Source: Mobula hypostoma (taxonomy: Eukaryota). From it: DNA of 64,000 bases. The notes under the pieces are model-generated. The model saw only the letters and a program-made list of their open reading frames with translations. It did no database searches and was not told where the DNA came from. Shown one piece after another: positions 51,853-62,412 of this stretch. Numbering within the stretch: the stretch's first letter is position 1; every line of letters begins with the position of its first letter. Location of the stretch: NCBI RefSeq assembly GCF_963921235.1, contig NC_086108.1, positions 114,826,001 to 114,890,000 of the forward strand, in the 5' to 3' direction. The translations under genes were made by a program, and so were the position numbers.

Positions 51853-52365
51853 TAGACATGGTACCTGACTCCTCCCGTCCACAGGAAGGACAGGTGGACG
51901 GGGTATCAGTGAAGCGCTCAGGAATCTATTACACGGTACTGCCCTGGCCAACACCCCCCACCCCAGGTCCCAACGTACAGGAGAAACACCCCCGCATGGA
52001 GAGACTTCTGCTGGGGCCTCTCTCACCGCCTGACGGTAAGACAGACCAGGATGGCGTATCCACACGACAGGGGACGGCAATGGAGTGGAACGTGTACAGG
52101 AACAGTCTCGGCGCATCACAGAACTGCACGGTGGGGATCGCCGCGGGGTGGGGGGGGGGCGGGGGAGGCTCGGGCTGTTTGGAGCACCGGCTCCCGAAGA
52201 ATATCTCGGGGTTTGGCACCTCCGGGCAAGCAAGGGACGGCGCAGTCAGAGCCACTCCACGGCCCAGCGCCCACAGTGACGGGACGGGAAACGGTCCCTC
52301 CAGAGGCTTGAGCGCCGCTGCCTGAGCACTCTGACTGGAGAAGACCTGACCCCAGATCCACAGCT
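51853..52365 (-). mobile_element. Inverted Tx1 ORF2 C-terminal (zf-RVT) segment
   Basis: AIPTVQFCDAPRLFLYTFH...DTPSWSVLPSGGERGP and WDLGWGVLARAVPCNRFLS in minus-strand ORFs. Confidence 0.75.
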
Positions 52366-52374
52366 GCTCCGTGC

Positions 52375-53095
52375 CAAGCTAGCGGCCGGTGTCTCTGATC
52401 TTTGCCCGGGCAATGGTCAGTCGACTGGGTTCCATGTTGTCCAAATGATCCGCTCAGACCAGTCCTACGTGGTCCAGGACAACATCCACCTTGTCCGGGA
52501 CCTGATCCATCTGACCCGCGAGTCTGGGCCGTCAGTCACCATTCTGTCTCTCGATCAGGAGAAGATGTTTGTCATGACTTCCTCCTCGGGACTCTGCACG
52601 TGTGTGAACTCCGACCGCATTTTGTTCCCATGTCCGTCTGCTGTTCGCTGCCGCCGAGTGCCTGATAAAGGTCAATGGATCATTGACAGCACCATTTTGC
52701 TTTGGGGGGGTGGGGTGAATCAGGGCTCCCAATGTTGGGGCATGTGTACTCTGTCTGCATACAGCCTTTTCTGTGCTTTCTTCGGAAGCGGTTGACAGTC
52801 TGAGGCTCTGCGCAAGCTGGAGATGAAGATAGTCCTTTAGGTTTATGCCGATGATCACCGACCCTGTTGGCCTACAGACGATGCAAGACTGCGAGCGGGT
52901 CTTGTCAGCCGCATCCTCTGTCAGGGTCAAGTGGAGAAAGTGTTCGGATCGACAGTGGGTCACGGGGGGCGGGGGGGGGGGGTGGACTCCCTGTCAGAGG
53001 AACTCAAGACCTTTTGTTTGGAGTACCACGCACCTCCTCTTTCTGGGGATCTACCCAAATTCCACTGCGGAGACTTGGCTGGCGAACTGGCGGGT
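52375..53095 (+). mobile_element. Tx1 RT core segment
   Basis: RPVSL..IFARAM, IRSDQSYVVQDNIHLVRDLI..LSLDQEK, YADD at about 52845, HLLFLGIY. Confidence 0.85.
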
Positions 53096-53929
53096 CTTAG
53101 AGAACAGCAATGGTATGAGTTTCTGGGAAAAATCAGAAAGGTGCAGGAAAGATGTATTGCAAAAACGAAGAAATACTCAAATGGCAAAATAGTATAATCG
53201 TGGCTGACGGGGGAAGTCAAAGCTCACGTCAAAGCAAAAGAGAGGGCATACAACAAAGCCGAAATTAGCGGGAAGATAGAGGATTGGGAAGCTTTTCTGT
53301 AGTTACTCTCTGTAGGGTTGGAAAACCTACAGAGAGGAATTAAAAGAATTATTAGCAGGGAAAAATGAAATATGAAAGCAAGCTAGCAAATAATATCAAA
53401 GTGAATAGTAAAAGTTTTTCAAATATGTGAAAAATAAAAGAAAGATGAAAGTGGATATAGGCCCACTAGAAATTGAGGATGGAGAAATAGTAACAGGGGA
53501 CAAGGAGGAGGCAGATAAACTAAATGAGTATTTCTCATCAGTCTTCACTGTGGAAGACAGTAGCAGTGTGCCAGATGTTGTGGTGTGTGAAGGAAGAGGA
53601 GTTACTATTAGAATATAGAACATAGAAACATAGAAAACCTACAGCACAATACAGGCACCTCGGCTCACAATGCTGTGCCGAACATGTACTTATTTTAGAA
53701 AATACCTGGGGTTACCCATAGCTTTCCATAAGCTCCATGTACCTGTCCAGGAGACTCTTAAAAAAACAGATTTATATCTGCCTCCACCACCATCGCCGGC
53801 AGCCCATTCCACGCACTCGCCACTCTGAGTAAAAAACTTACCCCTGACATCTCCTCTGTACCTACTCCCCAGCACCTTAAAACTGCGCCCTTTCTTGTTA
53901 GCCATTTCAGCCCTGGGAAAAACCCTCTG

Positions 53930-54306
53930 TGTCATGGTTATGAAGTCCTCATTCCAGTTCATGGTCCGGTCCATCGATCCTTGTTCCGGGTTTTCCTGTT
54001 TTCTCCCTGAGGCACCTGACTGGCACATAAAAAGCAGGGATTGTTTTGGGACTGTTCCCACAAGGAGGGGTCCTGACTCTGTGCAAAGCCCAGGCCCGGC
54101 ATCCTTGTTCCTAGTTCCACGTCCGGGTCCTGTGCTTTTAGCCCACGTCCTAGCCCAGGCCCTGGATCCTAGTCTCGTCCAAGACCCGTGTCAATATCCA
54201 GCATCGTTTCTTCCTTTGCTTTCTTGACAAACCTAGTCCTTGTTCCTTGTACTTCAGTGTCTGTGTTTTGCATTTGGGTCCGCTCCTTCAGCGCCCCCTT
54301 ATGACA
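53930..54306 (+). mobile_element. Solo LTR (377 bp), related to 41014-42231
   Basis: TGTCATGG...ATGACA termini; 5-bp TSD CTCTG (53925-53929, 54307-54311); shares TTGCATTTGGGTCC and ATGGTCCGG motifs with the larger LTR. Confidence 0.85.
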
Positions 54307-54332
54307 CTCTGACTGTCCACACTTGTCACTGA

Positions 54333-55088
54333 CAACACCTGTCTCTAGCCATGACCCTGTACTGATACACCTATCTCTGGCCATGACCCTGTACTGATAC
54401 ACCTGTCTCTGGCCATGACCCTGTACTGATACACCTGTCACTGGCCATGATCCTGTACTGATACACCTGTCTCTGGCCATGACCCTGTACTGATACACCT
54501 ATCTCTGGCCATGACCCTGTACTGATACACCTGTCTCTGGCCATGACCCTGTACTGATACACCTGTCACTGGCCATGATCCTGTACTGATACACCTATCT
54601 CTGGCCATGACCCTGTACTGATACACATGTCTCTGGCCATGATCCTGTACTGATACACCTGTCACTGGCCATGATCCTGTACTGATACACCTGTCTCTGG
54701 CCATGACCCTGTACTGATACACCTGTCTCTGGCCATGACCCTGTACTGATACTCCTGTCTCTGGCCATGACCCTGTACTGATACACCTGTCACTGGCCAT
54801 GATCCTGTACTGATACACCTATCTCTGGCCATGATCCTGTACTGATACACCTTTCACTGGCCATGATCCTGTACTGATACACCTGTCTCTGGCCATGACC
54901 CTGTACTGATACACCTGTCACTAGCCATGACCCTGTACTGATACACCTGTCTCTGGCCATGATCCTGTACTGATACACCTGTCTATAGCCATGACCCTGT
55001 ACTGATACACCTGTTACTGGCCATGATCCTGTACTGATACACCTGTCTATAGCCATGACCCTGTACTGATACACCTGTTACTGGCCAT
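54333..55088. repeat. 32-bp minisatellite, about 23 copies
   Basis: Unit TGATACACCTGTCTCTGGCCATGACCCTGTAC, head-to-tail without spacers. Confidence 0.97.
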
Positions 55089-55209
55089 ACACTATTGGAT
55101 GAACCCTGATTCGGAGGATGGTGGGGACTCAACTGGAAGATTTATATAAAAAGAAGGAATAAGATATAATTACATAGTTATATATTGGATTTACTAGGTT
55201 GAATAATCC

Positions 55210-55845
55210 CAAGGGATTCTGTAGATGCTGGAAACCCACAGCAACTCATATACAAAATGCTGGAGGAACTCAGCAGTTCAGACAGCATCTATAGAAATGA
55301 CTAATCAGTCGACGTTTCAGGCTGAAACTATATTGTTAGAACTGGACAGGAAGAGGGCACTCGACAGTGTAAGAAGGTAGAGGGAGAGAAAGGACGACTA
55401 GCAAGAAGGTGATAGGTGAATCTAGGTGGGTAGGAAAGGTAAAGGGCTGGAGAAGGAGTCTGATAGGAGAGGAGAGTGGGCCTTGGGAGAAAGGGAAGGA
55501 GGAGTGGGACTAGGGGGAGATGATGGGCGGGTGAGGAGAAGGGGTAAGCAGCCAGACTGATGAAGAGAACGGGAGGGAAGAAGAAGGGGAAGAGAAAATA
55601 ATTATAGGAAGGAGAAATCAATGTTCATGCCATCAATTTGAATGTTACCCAGATCAAATATGTTGCTTCTCCACTCTGAGAGTGGCTTTATCAGGGTAAA
55701 AGTGGAGGCCATAGACTGATATGTTGGAATGGGAACGCGGATAGGAATTAAAACAGTTGGTCCCTGGGAAATCTCACTTCTGGCAAATGGAGCAGAGGGC
55801 TTGACAGAGTGGTCTCCCAATTGATATTGGGTCTCACCAATGTAG
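55210..55845 (-). mobile_element. Degenerate Penelope-like element (GIY-YIG end + 3' UTR)
   Basis: LGNIQIDGMNIDFS homologous to the ORF at 26531; tail with gtcgacgtttc. Confidence 0.8.
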
Positions 55846-56228
55846 AATGTTGAATGATTGCTTGTTCAGAATTAAGACGCATGATATGGACATTTGTAGG
55901 AAGTGCACTTGCCAAGAAATAGTGCAGTATATATTGTTTTGAGATAGTTCCGCTTAGCTGCTAAATTGGGATCATCGGGACAGACGCAGTTGAATATAGA
56001 AAGTTTGTTATGATGTCACTGCCATCAGAATGTGTGTAAGTGAGCATCTAACTCTCTGAAAAGCTTTAGAATTTGATATTATTTGAGTTTGGGGGGGGGG
56101 AGGATTTGGTGGGTATACTTCCCGTCTCTGCTTCACACTCCACCTCAATTCGTGGTGGTAATGCACCTTATGTTAGTCTGCCAACCACCATTAAACTTTA
56201 CAAGAAGAAGATAATGCTGATGATGATG
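55846..56228 (+). mobile_element. Nimb/I-group LINE 3' end
   Basis: CACACTCCA...GGTGGTAATGCACC...AAGAAGAAG terminus matches the element at 35263. Confidence 0.6.
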
Positions 56229-56262
56229 AACCCAGGACTGAGACACCTATCCACACCGGAGA

Positions 56263-57438
56263 ATCCTTTAGATTCTGGACTAGTTCCTGAGGATTGGAGG
56301 GTGGCTAATGTAACCCCACTTTTTAAAAAAGGAGGGAGAGAGAAACCGGGGAATTATAGACTGGTTAGCCTGACATCGGTGGTGGGGAAAATGCTAGAGT
56401 CAGTTATCAAAGATGTGATAACAGCACATTTGGAAAGCAGTGAAATCATCGGACAAAGTCAGCATGGATTTGTGAAAGGAAAATCATGCCTGATGAATCT
56501 CATAGAATTTTTTGAGGATGTAACTAGTAGGGTGGATAGGGGAGAACCAGTGGATGTGGTATATTTGGATTTTCAAAAGGCTTTTGACAAGGTCCCACAC
56601 AGGAGATTACTGTGCAAACTTAAAGCACACGGTATTGGGGGTAAGGTATTGATGTGGATAGACAGGAAGCAAAGAGTGGGAATAAACGGGACCTTTTCAG
56701 AATGGCAGGCAGTGACTAGTGGGGTACCGCAAGGCTCAGTGCTGGGACCCTAGTTGTTTACAATATATATTAATGACTTAGACGAGGGGATTAAATGCAG
56801 CATCTCCAAGTTTACAGATGACACGAAGCTGGGCGGCAGTGTTAGCTGTGAGGAGGATGCTAAGAGGATGCAGGGTGACTTGGATAGGTTAGGTGAGTGG
56901 ACAAATTCATGGCAGATGCAATTTAATGTGGATAAATGTGAGGTTATCCACTTTGGTGGCAAGAACAGGAAAACAGATTATTATCTGTATGGTGGCCGAT
57001 TAGGAAAAGGGGAGGTGCAACGAGACCTGGGTGTCATTATACACCAGTCATTGAAAGTGGGCATGCAGGTACAGCAGGCGGTGAAAAAGGCGAATGGTAT
57101 GCTGGCATTCATAGCAAGAGGATTCGAGTACAGGAGCAGGGAGGTACTACTGCAGTTGTACAAGGCCTTGGTGAGACCACACCTGGAGTATTGTGTGCAG
57201 TTTTGGTCCCCTAATCTGAGGAAAGACATCCTTGCCATAGAGGGAGTACAAAGAAGGTTCACCAGGTTGATTCCTGGGATGGCAGGACTTTCATATGAAG
57301 AAAGACTGGCTGAACTGGGCTTGTACTCGTTGGAATTTAGAAGATTGAGGGGGGATCTGATTGAAAGGTATAAAATCCTAAAGGGATTGGACAGGCTAGA
57401 TGCAGGAAGATTATTCCCGATGTTAGTGAAGTCCAGAC
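56263..57438 (+). mobile_element. Young CR1 ORF2 segment lacking both ends
   Basis: ORFs 56073-56753 and 56754-57470 near-identical to 13295-14575; one TAG and an in-frame deletion (ENWLA missing). Confidence 0.95.
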
Positions 57439-57439
57439 T

Positions 57440-57785
57440 GGTGCCTCAGAAAGGCAGTGTCCATTATTAAGGACCCCCGTCACCCAGGACATGTCCTTTT
57501 CTCACTGTTACCATCAGGAAGGAGATACAGAAGCCTCTAGGCACACACTCAGCGATTCAGGAACAGCTTCTTCCCCTCTGCTATCCGATTCCGAAATGGA
57601 TATTGAACCCATGAATATTGCCTCACTTTTTTTCATATTATTTCTGTTTTTGCACTATTTTTAATTCAACTATATATTCTTTCTGTAATTGACTTACTTG
57701 TTTTCTATATTCTCATAGCCGCTACGTAAACAATTTTCACGACACGTGCCGGTGATATTAACCCCGATTGTGATTGTGACTCTGA
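57440..57785 (+). mobile_element. Rex1/Babar 3' end
   Basis: SIIKDPRHPGHVLFSLLPSGRRYRSL...RFRNSFFP; (gattgt)n tail. Confidence 0.85.
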
Positions 57786-59039
57786 GCGCTGGAGATACTT
57801 CGTGTTCTGTCTGTATCCCCTCGCACTGCCGTTAGAGGGGAGCGGTGAGTGGAAGTTAAGGTGAGAAGGTGAGCTTTCTAGATGTACACACAGAGTGGGG
57901 GGTGGGGGGGGGGGGCCTGGATTCGGCTGCTTGGCCGGTGGTGGAGGCAAGTACCTAATCATACAGCATGGAAAAGGCCCTTTGGCCTAATAGGTCCCTG
58001 CTGACCCACATCCCATTCTAAGCAAGTCCCATAAGAAAATAAAACAGTGCGGCACAGTACAGGCCTTTCGGCCCGTAATGTTGTGCCAACATTTTAACCT
58101 ACTCAAGATCAACCTAATCCCTCCCTACTACATGTCCCTCCATTGTTCTATCATTCACCTGCCTATCTCAGAGTTCCTTAAAAGCCCCTAATGTATCTGC
58201 CTCTCCCACCACCGGCAGAGTGTTCCACACACCCACTCGTAACTGTAAAAATCCTGCCTCTGACGTCACCCCTATGCTCTACTCCAATTACCTTAAAAGT
58301 ATGTTCCCCAGTATCAGCCACCTGCCTTGCAAAAAAACAAGTCTCTGGCTATCCACTCGATCTATGCCTCTTGTCATCTTGTACATCACTATCAAGTCAC
58401 CTCTCATCCTCCTTTGCTCCAAAGAGAAAAACCCTTGCTCATTCAACCTATTTCCATGAGACACGCTCTCTAATCCAGGCAGAATCCTAGTAAATCTCCT
58501 CTGCACCCTCTCTAAAGCATTCACATCCTTCCTATAACGAGGCGACCAGAACTGAAGACAATATTCCAAGTGTGGTCTGACCAGGGTTTTACAGAGCTGC
58601 AACATTACCTCACGGTTCTTGAACTCAACCCTCTGACTAATGATACGACGGAGGTGTTTCAGAGCCAGTTACTGAGCCACACGAACAGACGGGGGATGGA
58701 GACAGCAACATTGAGAACTGATGCAGGATTTCCACCCGAAGCATCATTAATCCTCCCCAAATCCTCCCTCCCTCCCTCCCCCATCGATGATGTTCAATCC
58801 ACTGAGTTCCTGCAGCAGATTTTGTGTTGCTTTGGATTCCGGTTGTGCACTCTGCCTTGTTTCCAGGGAATGGACAGATATAAAAGCTCGTGCAGGTAAA
58901 ATCGATTAGTTCATTGCATGACGGGCCGAAGGGCCTGTTGCTGGGCCTCTAACGTTCTCTGTTCCCTCAGGGCAGGGCTGACTTATGGTGCGTCTCCATC
59001 TGCCCTCACGGTACAGGGACCCCGACGCACTGAATATCG

Positions 59040-61035
59040 AACAACACACACAAAATGCTGGAGGAACTCAGCAAGTCAGACAGCATCTATGACAGTGAAT
59101 AAACAGTCGACGTTTCAGACAAAGACCTTTCACCAGGACTGGAAAGGAAGGGGGAAGAAGCCGGAATAAGAAGCTGGAGGGAGGGGGAGGAGTAGAGACT
59201 GGCAGGTGATAGGTAAGACCAGGTGAGGGGGAGAATGGGTGGGTGGGGAGGGAGGGGGAGGGGTAGAGACTGGCAGGTGATAGGTGAGACCAGGTGAGGG
59301 GGAGGATGGGTGGGTGAGGAGGGAGGGGGAGGAGTACAGACTGGCAGGTGATAGGTGAGGCCAGGTGAGGGGGAGGATGGGTGGGTGGGGAGGGATGGGG
59401 AGGAGTACAGACTGGCACGTGATACGTGAGACCAGGTGAGGGGGAGGATGGGTGGGTGGGGAGGGAGGTGGAGGAGTACAGACTGGCAGGTGATAGGTGA
59501 GACCAGGTGAGGGGGAGGATGGGTGGGTGAAGAGGGAGGGGGAGGAGTACAGACTGGCAGGTGATAGGTGAGACCAGGTGAGGGGGAGGATGGGTGGGTG
59601 GGGAGGGAGGGGGTGAGTAGAGACTGGCAGGTGATAGGTGAGACCAGGTGAGGGGGAGGATGGGCAGGTGGGGAGGGAGGGGGAGGTTTACAGACTGGCA
59701 GGTGATAGGTGAGACCAGCTGAGGGCGAGGATGGGTGGGTGAGGAGGGAGGGGGAGGAGTACAGACTGGCAGGTGATAGGTGAGGCCAGGTGAGGGGGAG
59801 GATGGGTGGGTGGGGAGGGACGGGGAGGAGTACAGACTGGCAGGTGATAGGTGAGACCAGGTGAGGGGGAGGATGGGTGGGTGGGGAGGGAGGTGGAGGA
59901 GTACAGACTGGCAGGTGATAGGTGAGACCAGCTGAGGGGGAGGATGGGTGGGTGAGGAGGGAGGGGGAGGAGTACAGACTGGCAGGTGATAGGTGAGGCC
60001 AGGTGAGGGGGAGGATGGGTGGGTGGGGAGGGACGGGGAGGAGTACAGACTGGCACGTGATACGTGAGACCAGGTGAGGGGGAGGATGGGTGGGTGGGGA
60101 GGGAGGTGGAGGAGTACAGACTGGCAGGTGATAGGTGAGACCAGGTGAGGGGGAGGATGGGTGGGTGGGTGGGGAGGGAGGGGGTGAGTAGAGACTGGCA
60201 GGTGATAGGTGAGACCAGGTGAGGGGGAGGATGGGCGGGTGGGGAGGGAGGGGGAGGTGTACAGACTGGCAGGTGATAGGTGAGGCCAGGTGAGGGGGAG
60301 GATGGGCGGGTGGGGAGGGAGGGGGAGGAGTACAGACTGGGAGGTGATAGGTGAGACCGGGTGAGGGGGAGGATGGGTGGGTGGGGGAGAGGGGTTGAAC
60401 TGAGATGCTGGGAGGTGATAGGTGAGACCAGGTGAGGGGGGGGATGGGAGGGTGGGGATGGAGGGTGAGGAGTACAGACTGGCAGGTGATAGGTGAGACC
60501 AGGTGAGGGGGGGATGGGTGGGTGGGGAGGGAGGGGGAGGAGTACAGACTGGCAGGTGATAGGTGAGACCAGATGAGGGGGAGGATGGGTGGGTGGGGGA
60601 GAGGAGTTGAACTGAGATGCTGGGAGGTGATAGGTGAGACCAGGTGAGTGGGAGGATGGGTGGGTGGGGGAGAGGGGTTGAACTGAGATGCTGGGAGGTG
60701 ATAGGTGAGACCAGGTGAGGGGGGGATGGGTGGGTGGGGGAGAGGAGTTGAACAGATGCTGGAAGGTGATAGGTGAGACCAGGTGAGAGGGAGGATGGGT
60801 GGGTGGGGGAGAGGGGTTGAACTGAGATGCTGGGAGGTGAAAGGTGAGACCAGGTGAGTGGGAGGATGGGTGGGTGGGGGAGAGGGGTTGAACTGAGATG
60901 CTGGGAGGTGATAGGTGAGACCAGGTGAGAGGGAGGATGGGTGGGTGGGGGAGAGGGGTTGAACTGAGATGCTGGGAGGTGATAGGTGGAAGAGGTAAAG
61001 GGCTGAAGAAGGAATCTGATAGGAGAGGACAGAAA
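59040..61035 (-). mobile_element. Penelope-like 3' UTR expanded by an internal tandem array
   Basis: Begins with the cacacacaaaatgctggaggaactcagc...gtcgacgtttc tail; resumes as ggtaaagggctgaagaaggaatctgataggagagg after the array (cf. 55438-55475). Confidence 0.8.
59175..60990. repeat. G-rich tandem array of about 70-71 bp units (about 25 copies, two unit types)
   Basis: AGACTGGCAGGTGATAGGTGAGACCAGGTGAGGGGGAGGATGGGTGGGTGGGGAGGGAGGGGGAGGAGTAC; second type containing GTTGAACTGAGATGCTGGGAGG from about 60390. Confidence 0.95.
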
Positions 61036-62412
61036 GAAAGAGAGGTGTAGATAGGGTAGGTAGGTGCTATCGATTTTCCATGGATGAAATTAGAGAGCAG
61101 AAGTTCAAGGTGAGAGGGAGGAGGTTTAACAGTGAACTAAGGGGTAAATCTTTCACACACGGGGTCGGAGGTATTTGGATTGAGATGCCAGAGGAGATAG
61201 TGGAGGCAAGGACAGGAACAACATTGAGGAGACATCTGGATACGTAACTGAATGAGCCGGGCACAGTGGGGTGTGGAATTAACACAGGCAGGAGGATTAG
61301 TATAGCTTGGTTGGTGTAGATGTGATCAATGTCAGGTCTGGCGGACTGGGCAGATGAGATCTACAGTGAGATCCAACAGCCAGGAAGGTGTTTCTGCAAT
61401 GCTGCGCGCAGAGCACAGGACATGACAAGATCCGGAAAATGCCTCAGTCAGCCACTGCAGCTAAGGAATACCCGAGTTATGAAGACTACTCGCACCACTG
61501 GGCCCAGACTTCAGAGGCTGAAAGAATGGAACAATGGTTTCTCCACTTTAAAACTGTTGCCGCACAGGATCTCCGTCATCGTGGAAACGACAGGCAATGA
61601 ACATAGACGCGATGGTCTGTTTCTGTTCCTTATGACCCTGGGTACAGATGTCTGTGTTGCTTATTGACTGGGGCTGTGTGCACAGTTACACCATTAGCCT
61701 CCCTCATACACCGTCTCCAAAAGAATGCTCCCTCCTCCCTCCCCCTCCCCCTCCCCCTCCCCTCCTTGTGTTTCCTCCAGCAGGATGTATCGGTACCGAC
61801 CCTCTGTTCTTCCCGGGTCACCGGCGCCGGGACCTGCGCCTGCATATGGGACCTGAGCGGAATCGCACGCTGATTACAGAGCGGCTGAGGGACCCTGTGG
61901 CTCTGCTCCCCACGCCACACCGTAACTCTGTCTATAACCTCCGACAATGTTACCACCAGCCCCAGCGGGAGGTTCATTCAGCAGGCAATAAGGCCCTTCG
62001 GCCCACCGAGTCTGTGCTGACCAGCAACCACCCACTGACATCAATCCTACACGGATCCCATTTTACTACCGCCCCCCCCCCTACATTCCCATCCTCTCCC
62101 ACCAGATTCTCCCACACGGGATAATTTACACCGGACAATTCACCCACCGTTAGGATGTGCGAGGGAACCGGAGCACCAGGGGAAACCCACACAGTTACAG
62201 GGAGAACGTGCGAACTTCACACAGACAGAACCGGAAATGAGGATCAAACCCTGGTCTCTGGGGCTATGAGGCTGCGGTAATGCAAGTTTTTGGGTGGGGC
62301 CATATGGTGAGATGGGTTGAGGATCGAGGACATGAGGGGACAAGGCTGTGGGCTCATGGTGGCCTTCTCAGTACGTACCCTGGCTCTGGATGGGCTTCCC
62401 TTCTCCTGGCGC

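Noticed and set aside
54333..55088. CRISPR-like 32-bp periodicity and repetitive ORFs (YQYRVMARDRCISTGSWP)
   Set aside because: Contiguous units without unique spacers, no cas genes, vertebrate context; 32 is not a multiple of 3, so the ORFs are artefacts.
59068..60056. Pro-rich repetitive ORFs
   Set aside because: Translations of the non-coding 71-bp array; frames shift between units.
61330..61960. Unique-looking block as the terminal non-coding exon of the putative ERICH3
   Set aside because: No clear minus-strand acceptor or canonical polyA signal could be assigned.
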